Below are positions 10,429 through 20,019 of a stretch of 64,000 nucleotides of DNA, one piece after another. The DNA lies in contig NZ_DATCQQ010000019.1 in assembly GCF_036569425.1 (NCBI RefSeq), forward strand, positions 378 to 64,377, given 5' to 3'. How positions within the stretch are numbered: position 1 is the stretch's first letter; each line of letters starts with the position of its first letter. The position numbers and the translations under genes were made by a program. The stretch comes from Lacisediminihabitans sp. (GTDB taxonomy: Bacteria; Actinomycetota; Actinomycetes; Actinomycetales; Microbacteriaceae). Under the pieces are notes generated by a model, which saw nothing but the letters and a program-made list of their open reading frames with translations, searched no databases and was not told the origin of the DNA.

Positions 10429-11010
10429 ATGGATCCGCGGAAACGTCACTCGAACCCGGGGAGGGGCAACGCTGGCCGCAGCACGAGAGGCGAACGATTC
10501 GCCGACTATGCGCCGGTTGCGGTCTCTCGGTCGAGCGCCGAAGGAGTCGGCATCGTCCGCCTCGCGCTCCCGGGTGACCTGGGCTCCATCGTTCGCCTCC
10601 AGCGGGCAGTCGGCAGAGCGGTGTCCCCGCCCGCAGCGATCGAGGCGGCTATATCCGACCCGGCGAGGCTCGTGGTGGTCGGCGAAATCGACGGCTGTGT
10701 CGCGGGGTGGGCGAAGACGCATTTCTGGCGCCGGTCTGACGGCGATGCCCCCGCCGGTCACTACCTGGGAGGCGTCACCGTGGATCCGGTCTTCCGTCGA
10801 CGTGGCCTTGGTGCGGCGCTCACCGAAGCGCGCCTCGAATGGATCTGGCAGCGCACGAGTCACGCCTGGTACATCGTCAACGCCCAGAATCGAGCGTCGA
10901 TTGCCCTGCACGAGCGGTGGGACTTTGAGGAGGTCGCGCGCGGGGAACGGTTCCACACCACTACCTTCACCGGCGGCGTCGGCGTTCTCCTGCGCGCACA
11001 GCACGGATGA
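10429..11010 (+). CDS. GNAT family N-acetyltransferase
   Basis: VTVDPVFRRRGLG acetyl-CoA motif and NRASIALHERWDF. Start uncertain. Confidence 0.85.
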   Translation: MDPRKRHSNPGRGNAGRSTRGERFADYAPVAVSRSSAEGVGIVRLALPGDLGSIVRLQRAVGRAVSPPAAIEAAISDPARLVVVGEIDGCVAGWAKTHFWRRSDGDAPAGHYLGGVTVDPVFRRRGLGAALTEARLEWIWQRTSHAWYIVNAQNRASIALHERWDFEEVARGERFHTTTFTGGVGVLLRAQHG

Positions 11011-11032
11011 CCGTGCGGCCAATCGGGCCGAC

Positions 11033-11053
11033 CGTCGCACGAATCGTGCGACG
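11033..11053. terminator. Palindromic hairpin between the convergent GNAT and HNH genes
   Basis: CGTCGCACGA-A-TCGTGCGACG perfect inverted repeat. Confidence 0.45.
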
Positions 11054-11104
11054 CAGCAGTGAGGGCGCCGCGCATCCCCTCGTGCCGTCACAGTAGGCCC
11101 AACC

Positions 11105-12424
11105 TCACTGCGCTGGCCGCGCCATCCGCACGGCCGGTGCGGTCGTGTAGCTGCGCCCGCTGGGGGCGGTCCAGGTGAGCTCGCCGGCATCGGGGCCGGC
11201 GTTCGTCTGGGTGACGCTCCAGCCGCCCACGTGTTTGAGCCTGTGGTGTTTCGGGCAGAGGTGGGCAAGGTTGTGCCAGGCGGTCGCGCCGCCGTAGTGC
11301 CAGTCCACGGTGTGGTCGAGATCGCAGCTGCCTGCGCTGCGCCCGCAGCCCGGGAACCGGCAGGTGCCGTCCCTCACCCGCAGCCAGGCCCGAAGGTCGG
11401 CGGAGATGCGGTACTTACGTCGTCCGACCGAGAGCACAGCCCCGGTTTCGGGATGGGTCAGCAGGCGGGTGAGGCTTGGCGCCTCTGCGGTGAGTTGTTT
11501 GGCCGTTTCGGGGTCGATGGGGCCGTAGCCGTCGAGATTCGCCAGCTCGTCGCCCCGCCCGAGAAGAGTCAGCACGGGCACGGTGACGAGCACTCTGGGG
11601 CGGATCCGCTTCAGCGCGGCCAGCTCACCAAGATCGTCGGAGCGGCTGTGCCCGCTTCCGTCGAGGAGCGCCTCGCCAACCAGGTCGGCGCGCAGCTGGT
11701 CAAGGGTGCGCGGTTCGTCGGTCGCCTGCAGTGCCCGCGCCGCGTCGGTGAGCCTCGAGAAGATCGCGACCGCTTGAACTGCCGGGAGGTAGGCCGAGAG
11801 CCACGCCACGCCGTCCCGACTGCCGGTGCAATCCACGCGCCTGTCCGCGACAGCCCGCGAGTGCCTGGGTGCGGCCGAGCCCGGATCGATGCTGTCCCGC
11901 AGTGCGCGCACTCGTCGATCGAAGGCGGCCGGCGTCGATTCGGCCGCGCGGGGCAATGCCAGCTGCTCGAGCTCGGCTCGGTCCTCGTCGGTGAGGGTCG
12001 CGACGTTGTCAACCATGGTCTGCGCCTGTCGGTACCCGATGTCCCCCGCACACAGCGCGGTCATCGTGGCGGGAAGGTCGTTCACGAGGGCGGCGCTCTC
12101 GGCCACCAGGGTGTCGGCCGCTCGTTCAGAGATTCGCAGGGCGCACGCCAGCTCGCTCACGAGCACCCGCCGCGCCATCCGCGCCCTAACTGCAGCGGAT
12201 CCCTCTAATGATGTCGCGTTCTCGGTGGTGAGGCTCCAGAGCCTGGCGCGCTCGATCGTCTCCGCTCGTGCCCCTGAAAGTTGGGCGATCATCCGCTCCA
12301 GCAACGCGGCGAGATCCAGAATGTCGCCGATCGTGTCGGCCATGAGAGGCCTCAGTGCCGCCATCCCGCCGGCCGCCATCCCGCCGATCGGTGCGCGATC
12401 CGGGCCACCCTGGGAGGTATCCAT
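11105..12424 (-). CDS. DUF222 + HNH endonuclease (13E12-repeat family)
   Basis: RTLDQLRADL, LDGYGPID, RLLTHPETG, RDGTCRFPGC...CDLDHTVDW..GG.T...NLAHLCPKHHRLKH. ATG at 12424 is supported by the promoter geometry. Confidence 0.9.
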   Translation of the reverse strand: MDTSQGGPDRAPIGGMAAGGMAALRPLMADTIGDILDLAALLERMIAQLSGARAETIERARLWSLTTENATSLEGSAAVRARMARRVLVSELACALRISERAADTLVAESAALVNDLPATMTALCAGDIGYRQAQTMVDNVATLTDEDRAELEQLALPRAAESTPAAFDRRVRALRDSIDPGSAAPRHSRAVADRRVDCTGSRDGVAWLSAYLPAVQAVAIFSRLTDAARALQATDEPRTLDQLRADLVGEALLDGSGHSRSDDLGELAALKRIRPRVLVTVPVLTLLGRGDELANLDGYGPIDPETAKQLTAEAPSLTRLLTHPETGAVLSVGRRKYRISADLRAWLRVRDGTCRFPGCGRSAGSCDLDHTVDWHYGGATAWHNLAHLCPKHHRLKHVGGWSVTQTNAGPDAGELTWTAPSGRSYTTAPAVRMARPAQ

Positions 12425-12430
12425 GGACCA

Positions 12431-12452
12431 ACTCAACGCCCAACCACCGACA
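12431..12452 (-). promoter_or_regulatory. PafBC (RecA-NDp)-type DNA-damage promoter, leaderless
   Basis: Minus strand reads TGTCGG-N10-TTGAGT-N6-ATG; one mismatch to TGTCGG-N10-TA-N3-T. Confidence 0.65.
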
Positions 12453-12502
12453 TTTAAGGGCCTCCAAACGAGCGAAATCCCGGCATCTGCGAGGCTGTAG
12501 CC

Positions 12503-13012
12503 GTGACTCGCACCGACCCGTCCACGATCGCCGACGAACGCGCGACCCTCGAACAGTTTCTCGACTACCAGCGCGCGACGCTGCTGCTCAAGGCGGAGGG
12601 CCTCGACCGGGAGCAACTCGACCGGCGCCTGCCGAGTTCCGGGCTGACCCTGGCCGGCCTGCTCAAGCACCTCGCCTACGTGGAGGACAGCTGGATGCAG
12701 GAGTCGTTCCTGGGCCGCCCGCCGGCCGAGCCGTGGGCGAGTGCGCCCTGGCAGGACGACCGGGACTGGGAGTTCCACTCCGCGCCCGACGACGATCCAG
12801 GCTACCTGCGCACCCTCTACGAGGCCGCCTGCGCCCGCTCCCGGGCGGTGGCCACGGCCGCGGGACTCGACGACCTGTCCGTCGAACTGTCCCGCAGCGG
12901 CGAGCGCTACAGCCTCCGCTGGATCCTCGTGCACCTCATCGAGGAGACCGCCCGCCACAACGGGCACGCCGACCTGCTGCGGGAGTCGATCGACGGCGTG
13001 GTGGGCGAGTAG
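12503..13012 (+). CDS. DinB/DUF664 family (thiol S-transferase-like) protein
   Basis: ERATLEQFLDYQRATL, LLKHLAYVEDSW, RWILVHLIEETARHNGHADLLRESIDG. Confidence 0.9.
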   Translation: MTRTDPSTIADERATLEQFLDYQRATLLLKAEGLDREQLDRRLPSSGLTLAGLLKHLAYVEDSWMQESFLGRPPAEPWASAPWQDDRDWEFHSAPDDDPGYLRTLYEAACARSRAVATAAGLDDLSVELSRSGERYSLRWILVHLIEETARHNGHADLLRESIDGVVGE

Positions 13013-13015
13013 CGA

Positions 13016-14308
13016 TCACACCATCGTCAGCAGCATCCCCGGGTCGGAGAGGATGGTGCCCACATCGGCGAGGAATCGCGAGGCCTCGGACCCGTCAACG
13101 AGTCGATGGTCGAACGACAGGCTCAGGGTCATCACGTGCCGCAGCGCAACGACATCGTGGTGCTCCCACGGCGCGCGGCGCACGGCCCCCATCGCGAGGA
13201 TCGCCGCCTCCCCCTGGTTGAGGATCGGCGTTCCGGCGTCGACGCCGAAGACGCCGATGTTGGTGATCGAGATCGTGCCTCCGCCGAGCTCGGCCGGCGT
13301 ACTCTTGCCCTCCCTGGCCCGCTCAACGAGCGCGGTGAGCGCACGGGCGAGCGACACGAGGTCGAGGCCGTGCGCATCCTTGATGTTCGGCACCATGAGG
13401 CCGCGCGGAGTCGCCGCAGCGATGCCGAGGTTGATGTAGCCGAACTGGACGATCTCGTCGGCCTTCTCGTCCCAGTGCGAGTTGACGACGGGGGTGCGCG
13501 CCGCGGCCAGGCAGACGGCCTTCGCCACGACCGTGAGCATGGTGAGCCGCTCTCCACGAAAGGCGCTCGACGCCTTGAGCCGCTCGAGGAGCTCCATCGA
13601 CGGCGTCACGTCGATCGTGAGGAACTCGGTCGCGTGCGGGGCCGTGAAGGCGCTGGCGACCATGGCCTGGGCGGTGAGCTTGCGCACGCCCTGGATCGGC
13701 GTGCGGGTTTCGCGCGCCACCGTCGCGGGTGGGACGGCCGAGCCGCGTTTGCGCACGTCATCCCGGGTGATCAGCCCGCCCGTTCCCGACCCGGTGACCG
13801 TGTCGAGGTCCACCCCGAGGTCGCTCGCGAGCTTGCGCAGGGGCGGGGACGGGCGGTGAGAACGCGAGTCGTGGGCGGTGTCCGCCCGCTCGAGCCAGCC
13901 GGCCGAGCGTGCCCGGCGCTGGGGACGACCTCCCTCGACCTTTGGCCCGTAGCCGACGAGTACCACCTCTCGCAGAACGGGAGCCTCGGCACCCTGAGCC
14001 GGCGCCTCCGCCGACGCCTCCACCGGCACTTCCGCCGACGCCACCACCAGCACCTCCGCCGACGCCACCACCTCGAAGCCCACGAGCGGCGCGCCCACCT
14101 GCACCACCTGCCCGGGCTGGGCGTACAGCGCGCCGATCACCCCGGCGAAGGGCGACGGCAGCTCCACAAGCGCCTTCGCCGTCTCCACCTCGGCGATGAT
14201 CTGGTTGAGTTCCACGGTGTCGCCGACGGCCACGCGCCAGGCGACGACCTCGGATTCGGTGAGACCCTCCCCGAGGTCGGGGAGGCGGAAGTCCTTGAGT
14301 TCGCTCAC
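13016..14308 (-). CDS. bkdC: 2-oxo-acid dehydrogenase E2 (dihydrolipoamide acyltransferase), BkdC-like
   Basis: FRLPDLGEGLTE, VETAKA lipoyl site, SPPLRKLA E3-binding domain, FDHRLVDG catalytic motif; GTG at 14308. Confidence 0.9.
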   Translation of the reverse strand: MSELKDFRLPDLGEGLTESEVVAWRVAVGDTVELNQIIAEVETAKALVELPSPFAGVIGALYAQPGQVVQVGAPLVGFEVVASAEVLVVASAEVPVEASAEAPAQGAEAPVLREVVLVGYGPKVEGGRPQRRARSAGWLERADTAHDSRSHRPSPPLRKLASDLGVDLDTVTGSGTGGLITRDDVRKRGSAVPPATVARETRTPIQGVRKLTAQAMVASAFTAPHATEFLTIDVTPSMELLERLKASSAFRGERLTMLTVVAKAVCLAAARTPVVNSHWDEKADEIVQFGYINLGIAAATPRGLMVPNIKDAHGLDLVSLARALTALVERAREGKSTPAELGGGTISITNIGVFGVDAGTPILNQGEAAILAMGAVRRAPWEHHDVVALRHVMTLSLSFDHRLVDGSEASRFLADVGTILSDPGMLLTMV

Positions 14309-15330
14309 TTGGCCGCGCTCCAACCGGTGAGGGAGTTGCGTCTGCCGAGCACTCTGTCGACGGCGTCGAGGATGCGATCGAGATCGGGAAGGAAGTGGTC
14401 TTCGAGCGACGCGGCCGGGTACGGCACGTCGAATCCGGTGACTCGGGCAGGCGCCGCCTCGAGAAAGTCGAAGCAGCGTTCGGTGACGCTCGCGGTGATC
14501 TCCGCCCCGAGGCCCCCGGACTGCGCGGCCTCGTGGGTGACGACGAGCCGACCCGTCTTCCGCACCGACGCCTCGATCGTCCCATGGTCGATCGGGGAGA
14601 GCGAACGCAGGTCGATGACCTCGATCGAGACTCCGTCGTCCGAGGCCGCGATCGCCGCGTCGAGCGCGGTCATCACGAGCGGTCCGTAGGCCACGAGGGT
14701 GACATCCGTGCCCTCTCGCACGACCCGCGCGCTCTCGAGCGGCAGCGGGTGGGCGAGCTCCTGGTCGACCGGGCCCTTGGCCCAATAGCGCCGTTTCGGT
14801 TCGAAGAACAGCACCGGGTCGTCGCTCGCGATCGCGAGCCTGATCAGGTCGTATGCATCCTGGGGAGTGGAGCAGCTCACCACCCGCAGCCCGGCCGTGT
14901 GGGCGAAGTACGCCTCCGGCGACTCCGAGTGGTGCTCGACGGCGCCGATGCCGCCGCCGAACGGCACGCGGATGGTGATCGGCATCTTCACCGCTCCCCC
15001 CGTGCGGTAGTGCAGCTTGGCAACCTGGGCCACTATCTGGTCGAAGCCGGGATAGATGAACCCGTCGAACTGGATCTCGCACACCGGTCGGAACCCGCGG
15101 AAGGCCAGCCCGATCGCCGTGCCGATGATGCCGGACTCCGCGAGGGGCGTGTCGACGATGCGGCGCGGACCGAAGTCGTCGAGCATCCCGTCCGTGACCC
15201 GGAATACTCCCCCGAGCTTTCCGATGTCCTCGCCGAGCAGCATCACGCGATCGTCTTCGGCGACGGCGCGACGCAGGCCGGCGTTCAACGCCTTGCCGAG
15301 GGTGAGCTCGGTGGTCGTGGTGGTGCTCAC
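14305..15330 (-). CDS. bkdB: 2-oxo-acid dehydrogenase E1 beta subunit
   Basis: GEDIGKLGGVFRVTDG, DTPLAESGIIG, EIQFDGF, EHHSESPE, FFEPK. Confidence 0.92.
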   Translation of the reverse strand: MSTTTTTELTLGKALNAGLRRAVAEDDRVMLLGEDIGKLGGVFRVTDGMLDDFGPRRIVDTPLAESGIIGTAIGLAFRGFRPVCEIQFDGFIYPGFDQIVAQVAKLHYRTGGAVKMPITIRVPFGGGIGAVEHHSESPEAYFAHTAGLRVVSCSTPQDAYDLIRLAIASDDPVLFFEPKRRYWAKGPVDQELAHPLPLESARVVREGTDVTLVAYGPLVMTALDAAIAASDDGVSIEVIDLRSLSPIDHGTIEASVRKTGRLVVTHEAAQSGGLGAEITASVTERCFDFLEAAPARVTGFDVPYPAASLEDHFLPDLDRILDAVDRVLGRRNSLTGWSAAK

Positions 15331-16451
15331 TCCGCCGCCTCCTCGAACATCGCGAGGTAGGCCGCGTACTGGCTCTTCTGCCGCTCGAGCCCCGAATGGG
15401 CCGAGCTGTACACGTTGTCGAACACGGTGAGGGCATGCGGCGGGTCGAGGGCGAGACAGGCGGCGCGCAGTTCGTGGGCCACCTCATCCGCCTTCGCCTT
15501 CACCGACGCCTCGAACTCCTCGGTGAGCAGGCCCTCGTGCTCGAGGTAGGCGCCCAAGCGGTGGATCGGATCCTTCGCCGCCCACCGCTCGAGCTCGGCC
15601 GGATCGCGATACCGGGTGGGGTCGTCGGATGTCGTGTGCGGCCCCATGCGGTAGGTCACGGCCTCGATGAAGGTGGGTCCGCCCCCGCTCCGGGCGCGGT
15701 CGAGCGCGATCCTCGTCGCGGCCATCACCGCGAGCACGTCGTTGCCGTCCACGCGCAGGCTCGGGATGCCGAAGCCGGGTGCGCGGTCCGCGATCGACCG
15801 GTGGGCCTGGAGCGCGACCGGCTCCGAAATGGCCCACTGGTTGTTCTGGCAGAAGAACACCACCGGTGCCTGGAAACTGGCGGCGAACACCATCGCCTCG
15901 CTCACGTCGCCCTCGCTCGTCGCCCCGTCACCGAAGTAGGCAACGGCGACGGAGTCGACCCCGTCCTGCAGGCAGCCCAGCGCGTAGCCGGTGGCGTGCA
16001 GCGTCTGCGCTCCGATGATCACGGCCGGGGTCGCCATCCCCACGTCGAAGGGGTTCCAGCCGCTGAGCGCGGTGCCGCGCCACACGGCGAGCAACTTGCC
16101 CACCGGCACCCCGCGGCAGTAGGCCACGGCGTTCTCGCGATAACTGGAGAAGACGAAGTCGTCGCCGCGGAGCGCCCGGGCCGAGCCGATCTGCGCGGCC
16201 TCCTGCCCGAGCAGCGGCGGCCACAGGCCGAGCTCGCCCTGGCGCTGCAGTGCCGTCGCCTCGGTGTCGATTCGGCGCACGACGACCATGTCTTCGTAGA
16301 GGGAGCGGAGTTGCTCGCCGGAGACGTCGGCAACCCACTGGTCGAACTCCGGATCGGGGACTCGGTCGCCGTCGGGGTTCAACAGTTGTACGAGCAGCTC
16401 GGTGCTGCGGATTTCACTGCGGATGTCACTGGATGCGGATGGACGCAACAA
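15327..16451 (-). CDS. bkdA: 2-oxo-acid dehydrogenase E1 alpha subunit
   Basis: LQRQGELGLW, GQEAAQIG, YFGDGATSEGD...QNNQWAIS TPP motif, YRMGPHTTSDDPTRYR. bkd versus pdh is inferred from proximity to the mcc operon; start uncertain. Confidence 0.88.
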   Translation of the reverse strand: MLRPSASSDIRSEIRSTELLVQLLNPDGDRVPDPEFDQWVADVSGEQLRSLYEDMVVVRRIDTEATALQRQGELGLWPPLLGQEAAQIGSARALRGDDFVFSSYRENAVAYCRGVPVGKLLAVWRGTALSGWNPFDVGMATPAVIIGAQTLHATGYALGCLQDGVDSVAVAYFGDGATSEGDVSEAMVFAASFQAPVVFFCQNNQWAISEPVALQAHRSIADRAPGFGIPSLRVDGNDVLAVMAATRIALDRARSGGGPTFIEAVTYRMGPHTTSDDPTRYRDPAELERWAAKDPIHRLGAYLEHEGLLTEEFEASVKAKADEVAHELRAACLALDPPHALTVFDNVYSSAHSGLERQKSQYAAYLAMFEEAAE

Positions 16452-16626
16452 TGGGCCTCACGATCTGGATGCACCGCGGCGGGTTAGCCACTGGTGTATC
16501 CCTCTCCAACAGGCATCGGCTTGTGACCGGCGTCTGCGCTCCGGCGACATTGCCGGGAGTGATTCGAGGCTACGGCTGAATGCTGGGAATCACAATGACC
16601 GCCACGGCCCGTGGCTCAACCTCAAA

Positions 16627-16666
16627 GAAGAAGCCCGCCCCGCCGGTGGGCGGGACGGGCTTCTTC
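16627..16666 (-). terminator. Intrinsic terminator hairpin of pnp
   Basis: GAAGAAGCCCG...CGGGCTTCTTC stem 11 bp past the pnp stop codon. Confidence 0.8.
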
Positions 16667-16677
16667 GTGGGGTGCGA

Positions 16678-18954
16678 CTAGATCGCGGGAACCGGCTCGT
16701 CCTCGGTGGAGGAGACGATCTCGGCGTCGTCGGCCTCGACCGGCGAGAGCGACAGCTTTCCGCGGTCGTCGATCTTGGTGATCTCCACCTGGATCTTCTG
16801 GCCGACGGCGAGCACGTCTTCGACGTTCTCGACGCGCTTGCCACCGGCGAGCTTACGGACCTCGCTGATGTGCAGCAGGCCGTCCTTGCCGGGGGTGAGC
16901 GAGACGAACGCGCCGAAAGTCGCAATCTTGACGACGGTTCCGAGGAACCGCTCGCCGACCTCGGGGTTCAGCGGGTTCGCGATGGCGTTGACCGCCGCGC
17001 GAGCCGCCTCGGCGGACGGACCATCGACGGCGCCGATGTAGACGGTTCCGTCATCCTCGATCGAGATGTCGGCTCCGGTGTCGTCCTGGATCTGGTTGAT
17101 CGTCTTGCCCTTCGGGCCGATCAGCTCGCCGATCTTGTCGATCGGGATCTGCACCGAGATCACGCGAGGCGCGGTCGGCGCCATCTCATCCGGGGAGTCG
17201 ATCGCGGCGTTCAGCACGGCGAGGATCGCGGTGCGAGCCTCCTTCGCCTGCTTGAGCGCGCCATCGAGAACCGACGACGGCAGGCCGGCGAGCTTCGTGT
17301 CGAGCTGGATCGCCGTGACGAACTCCGACGTGCCGGCCACCTTGAAGTCCATGTCGCCGAGGGCGTCTTCCGCGCCGAGGATGTCGGTGAGCGCCGCGTA
17401 GCGCGTCACTCCGTCGACCTCGTCGGAGATGAGCCCCATCGCGATGCCCGCGACCGGCGCGCGCAGCGGCACACCGGCGTTGAGCAGCGAGAGGGTGGAG
17501 GCGCAGACGGAACCCATCGACGTCGAGCCGTTGGAGCCGAGAGCCTCCGACACCTGGCGGATCGCGTACGGGAACTCCTCGCGCGGCGGCAGAACCGGCA
17601 CGAGGGCGCGCTCGGCGAGGAAGCCGTGCCCGATCTCGCGACGCTTCGGCGAACCGACACGGCCGGTCTCACCGGTCGAGTATGGCGGGAAGTTGTAGTG
17701 GTGCAGGTAGCGCTTCTTCTTCACCGGAGCGAGCGAGTCGATCTGCTGCTCCATCTTGAGCATGTTCAGCGTGGTGACGCCCAGGATCTGGGTCTCGCCG
17801 CGCTGGAAGATCGCCGAACCGTGAACGCGAGGAATGACCTGCACCTCGGCGTCGAGGGCGCGGATGTCGCTGAGTCCTCGGCCGTCGATGCGGATGCCCT
17901 CGGTGAGCACGCGCGTGCGCATGACCTTCTTGCTGACCGACTTGTACGCCGCGGAGACCTCGGAGAGAGCGGATGCCGGGAGGCGGTCCGCCTCGACCTC
18001 CGAGGCGATGTGTCCCTTGACGCGATCCTTGAGGGCGTCGTCGGCGTTCTGGCGCTCGACCTTGTCGGCGATCTGGTACACGCCCTTGAGGTCGTCGTAC
18101 GCGAGACCGGCGACGGAGTCGTAGGTGGCCTGGGCGTACGGCGGGAACAGCGGGAAGTCCTGGATCGGCTTGGCGGCCTGGGCCGCGACCTCGAGCTGGG
18201 CCTTGATGAGCTGCTTGAGGAACGGCTTCGCCGCCTCGAGGCCCTGGGCGACGACGGTCTCGTCCGGCTTGGTCGCGCCGGCCTTGATGAGGTCCCAGCT
18301 GCCTTCGGTGGCTTCGGCCTCGACCATCATGATCGCGACATCCTCTTCACCGTTGTCGTTGGTGGTGAGGCGGCCGGCGACGGTGAGGTCGAACACGGCC
18401 TCTTCGAGCTGCGAGTACTTCGGGAATGCAACCCACTGATCTGCGCCGTTGGATCCGGGGATGAGGGCGAGACGGATGCCGCCGATGGGCCCGTAGAACG
18501 GCAGACCGGAGATCTGCGTGCTCAGCGAAGCCGCGTTGATGGCGAGGGCGTCATAGAACTCGTCCGGCGCGATGGCCAGGACGGTGATCACGATCTGCAC
18601 CTCGTTGCGCAGGCCTTCGACGAAGGTCGGGCGCAGCGGGCGGTCGATCAGGCGGCAGACGAGGATCGCCTCGGTGGACGGGCGTCCCTCGCGACGGAAG
18701 AACGAGCCGGGGATCTTGCCGGCGGCGTAGCTGCGCTCTTCGACATCCACCGTGAGGGGGAAGAAGTCGAAGCCCTCGCGCGGGTGCTTGCCAGCGCTGG
18801 TGGCGCTGAGGATCATGGTCTCTTCGTCGAGGTAGGCAGCGACTGCTCCCTGGGCCTGCTGGGCGAGACGACCGGTTTCGAAGCGCACGGTGCGCGTGCC
18901 GAACTTACCGTTGTCGAGAACGGCTTCGGCGAATTTGATTTCTGGACCCTCCAT
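16678..18954 (-). CDS. pnp: Polyribonucleotide nucleotidyltransferase (PNPase)
   Basis: [52 protein letters not shown], plus KH and S1 domains. Confidence 0.98.
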   Translation of the reverse strand: MEGPEIKFAEAVLDNGKFGTRTVRFETGRLAQQAQGAVAAYLDEETMILSATSAGKHPREGFDFFPLTVDVEERSYAAGKIPGSFFRREGRPSTEAILVCRLIDRPLRPTFVEGLRNEVQIVITVLAIAPDEFYDALAINAASLSTQISGLPFYGPIGGIRLALIPGSNGADQWVAFPKYSQLEEAVFDLTVAGRLTTNDNGEEDVAIMMVEAEATEGSWDLIKAGATKPDETVVAQGLEAAKPFLKQLIKAQLEVAAQAAKPIQDFPLFPPYAQATYDSVAGLAYDDLKGVYQIADKVERQNADDALKDRVKGHIASEVEADRLPASALSEVSAAYKSVSKKVMRTRVLTEGIRIDGRGLSDIRALDAEVQVIPRVHGSAIFQRGETQILGVTTLNMLKMEQQIDSLAPVKKKRYLHHYNFPPYSTGETGRVGSPKRREIGHGFLAERALVPVLPPREEFPYAIRQVSEALGSNGSTSMGSVCASTLSLLNAGVPLRAPVAGIAMGLISDEVDGVTRYAALTDILGAEDALGDMDFKVAGTSEFVTAIQLDTKLAGLPSSVLDGALKQAKEARTAILAVLNAAIDSPDEMAPTAPRVISVQIPIDKIGELIGPKGKTINQIQDDTGADISIEDDGTVYIGAVDGPSAEAARAAVNAIANPLNPEVGERFLGTVVKIATFGAFVSLTPGKDGLLHISEVRKLAGGKRVENVEDVLAVGQKIQVEITKIDDRGKLSLSPVEADDAEIVSSTEDEPVPAI

Positions 18955-19112
18955 TGGGGGGTTTCTCCTTTGTTTTACGTCGTCTCCCCGTATGGGAGGC
19001 GACTCGTCAAGGAGCAGGAGATAAGCAGAAAGGGGCGCACGGGCCACATCATCGATCGATGGGTGCCCGCTGTCGCTTTGGCGGCGTGTCCGGAGTCTTC
19101 ACTCGCGAACAC

Positions 19113-19205
19113 AGCTCTGGTCAACAGTAGAAAGGCGCTGAACCCGGGCCTCAACAGACGAGACTCGAACCTCGAGTTCAGAACGTCACCACTACTGACC
19201 AGCTT
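19113..19205 (-). ncRNA. Structured pnp 5' leader, probably the Actino-pnp motif
   Basis: In the ~315-nt leader (TAGCAT -10 at 19276-19281), GGUCAGUAG pairs with CUACUG-UU-GACC. Position and the ggu..guagugg opening resemble Actino-pnp; no covariance search was run. Confidence 0.5.
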
Positions 19206-19341
19206 CTTGCCGGCCTGCTCCGTGGTTGCCGGCATCCGTCCCTGAGAGCGAACGACACACCAGACAACCTCGTCAATGCTATCAGGCCGCCTTCGTGCGG
19301 CCTAGCTTCCGGCCGGGCGGGCGCGTCGCCGCTCGCCCGGC

Positions 19342-19745
19342 GTGGGCGAGGACATCTCGAGGCTCGCCGAATCGTCCCCCATGCCGCCGCCGGGCGAGCT
19401 GGTCGGTGTGCTGATGAGGGGCATGCTGGGCGAGGTGGGCTCCCCGGCGATTCTCGTGCAACTGTGGGGTGAGGCGGTGACGGATCCGCAACTGCGCGCC
19501 CTCGCTGCCGGCGTCTTCGACCGGCTGGTCTCGGCCTACCGGGTCTACATCTCTCTCCGGCGGCTCCCTCCGGCAGCAACGGGAACACGGACTCGACCCG
19601 GCGGCCGCCGACGCGATCGCCCACGAACAGGCGCCACTGTTTCTGGCCGCGAGCCAGGGCTTCATCCTGCAGTCCGCGATCTTCGACGACTTCGACCCCC
19701 ACCTCTTCCTCGAGCGCGTGACGGGCCACCTCCCCGCTGAGTCCG
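19342..19745 (+). pseudogene. TetR-family C-terminal relic (HTH missing, frameshift near 19560)
   Basis: ILVQLWGEAVTDPQLRALA in one frame continues as EHGLDPAAADAIAHEQAPLFLAASQGFILQSAIFDDFDP in another; no HTH upstream. Confidence 0.65.
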
Positions 19746-19782
19746 TACCCGGCCCACCCGCGTCATCCGTCCCCAACACGCG

Positions 19783-19867
19783 TTTCTCCGGAGGTTTCGC
19801 GAAATTCCACCGGAAAGTGGTCAATTTCGCCCGATTCGGGCTTGCAGAGCAAAAACCTCCGGAGAAA
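19783..19867. repeat. 85-bp palindromic element with 15-bp terminal inverted repeats
   Basis: TTTCTCCGGAGGTTT (19783-19797) and AAACCTCCGGAGAAA (19853-19867) around an AT-richer core. Confidence 0.7.
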
Positions 19868-20019
19868 GGCATGTCGAGAGGCGCGCGTGGAGCGCGGATG
19901 GGGCCCGGCGAGCATGGGAGTCTGCGCCCGATTGCCGCCAGGGTTCGCCAATTCGACCGCATTCTGCCTAGGCTGAAAGGGCTGGTCACACAAAGCCGTC
20001 TGGGAAGCATGGCTGACAG

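Noticed and set aside
12357-12392. GCCATCCCGCCG 15-bp repeat resembling the GIPP repeat at 44666-44727
   Set aside because: Only two units, on the opposite coding strand; likely convergent low-complexity sequence.
11011-13015. GNAT-HNH-DinB block as an IS or transposon
   Set aside because: No transposase, terminal inverted repeats or target duplication was seen.
13990-14075. 24-bp repeats in the E2 gene
   Set aside because: Ordinary Ala/Val/Glu/Pro interdomain linker of 2-oxo-acid dehydrogenase E2.
19155-19185. GGTTCGAGTC T-loop-like motif on the minus strand
   Set aside because: No acceptor, D or anticodon arms can be formed; it is part of the pnp leader, not a tRNA.
16402-19245. 947-aa plus-strand ORF
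   Set aside because: Antisense shadow of pnp. Long stop-free antisense frames are expected at this GC content, and it has no motifs.
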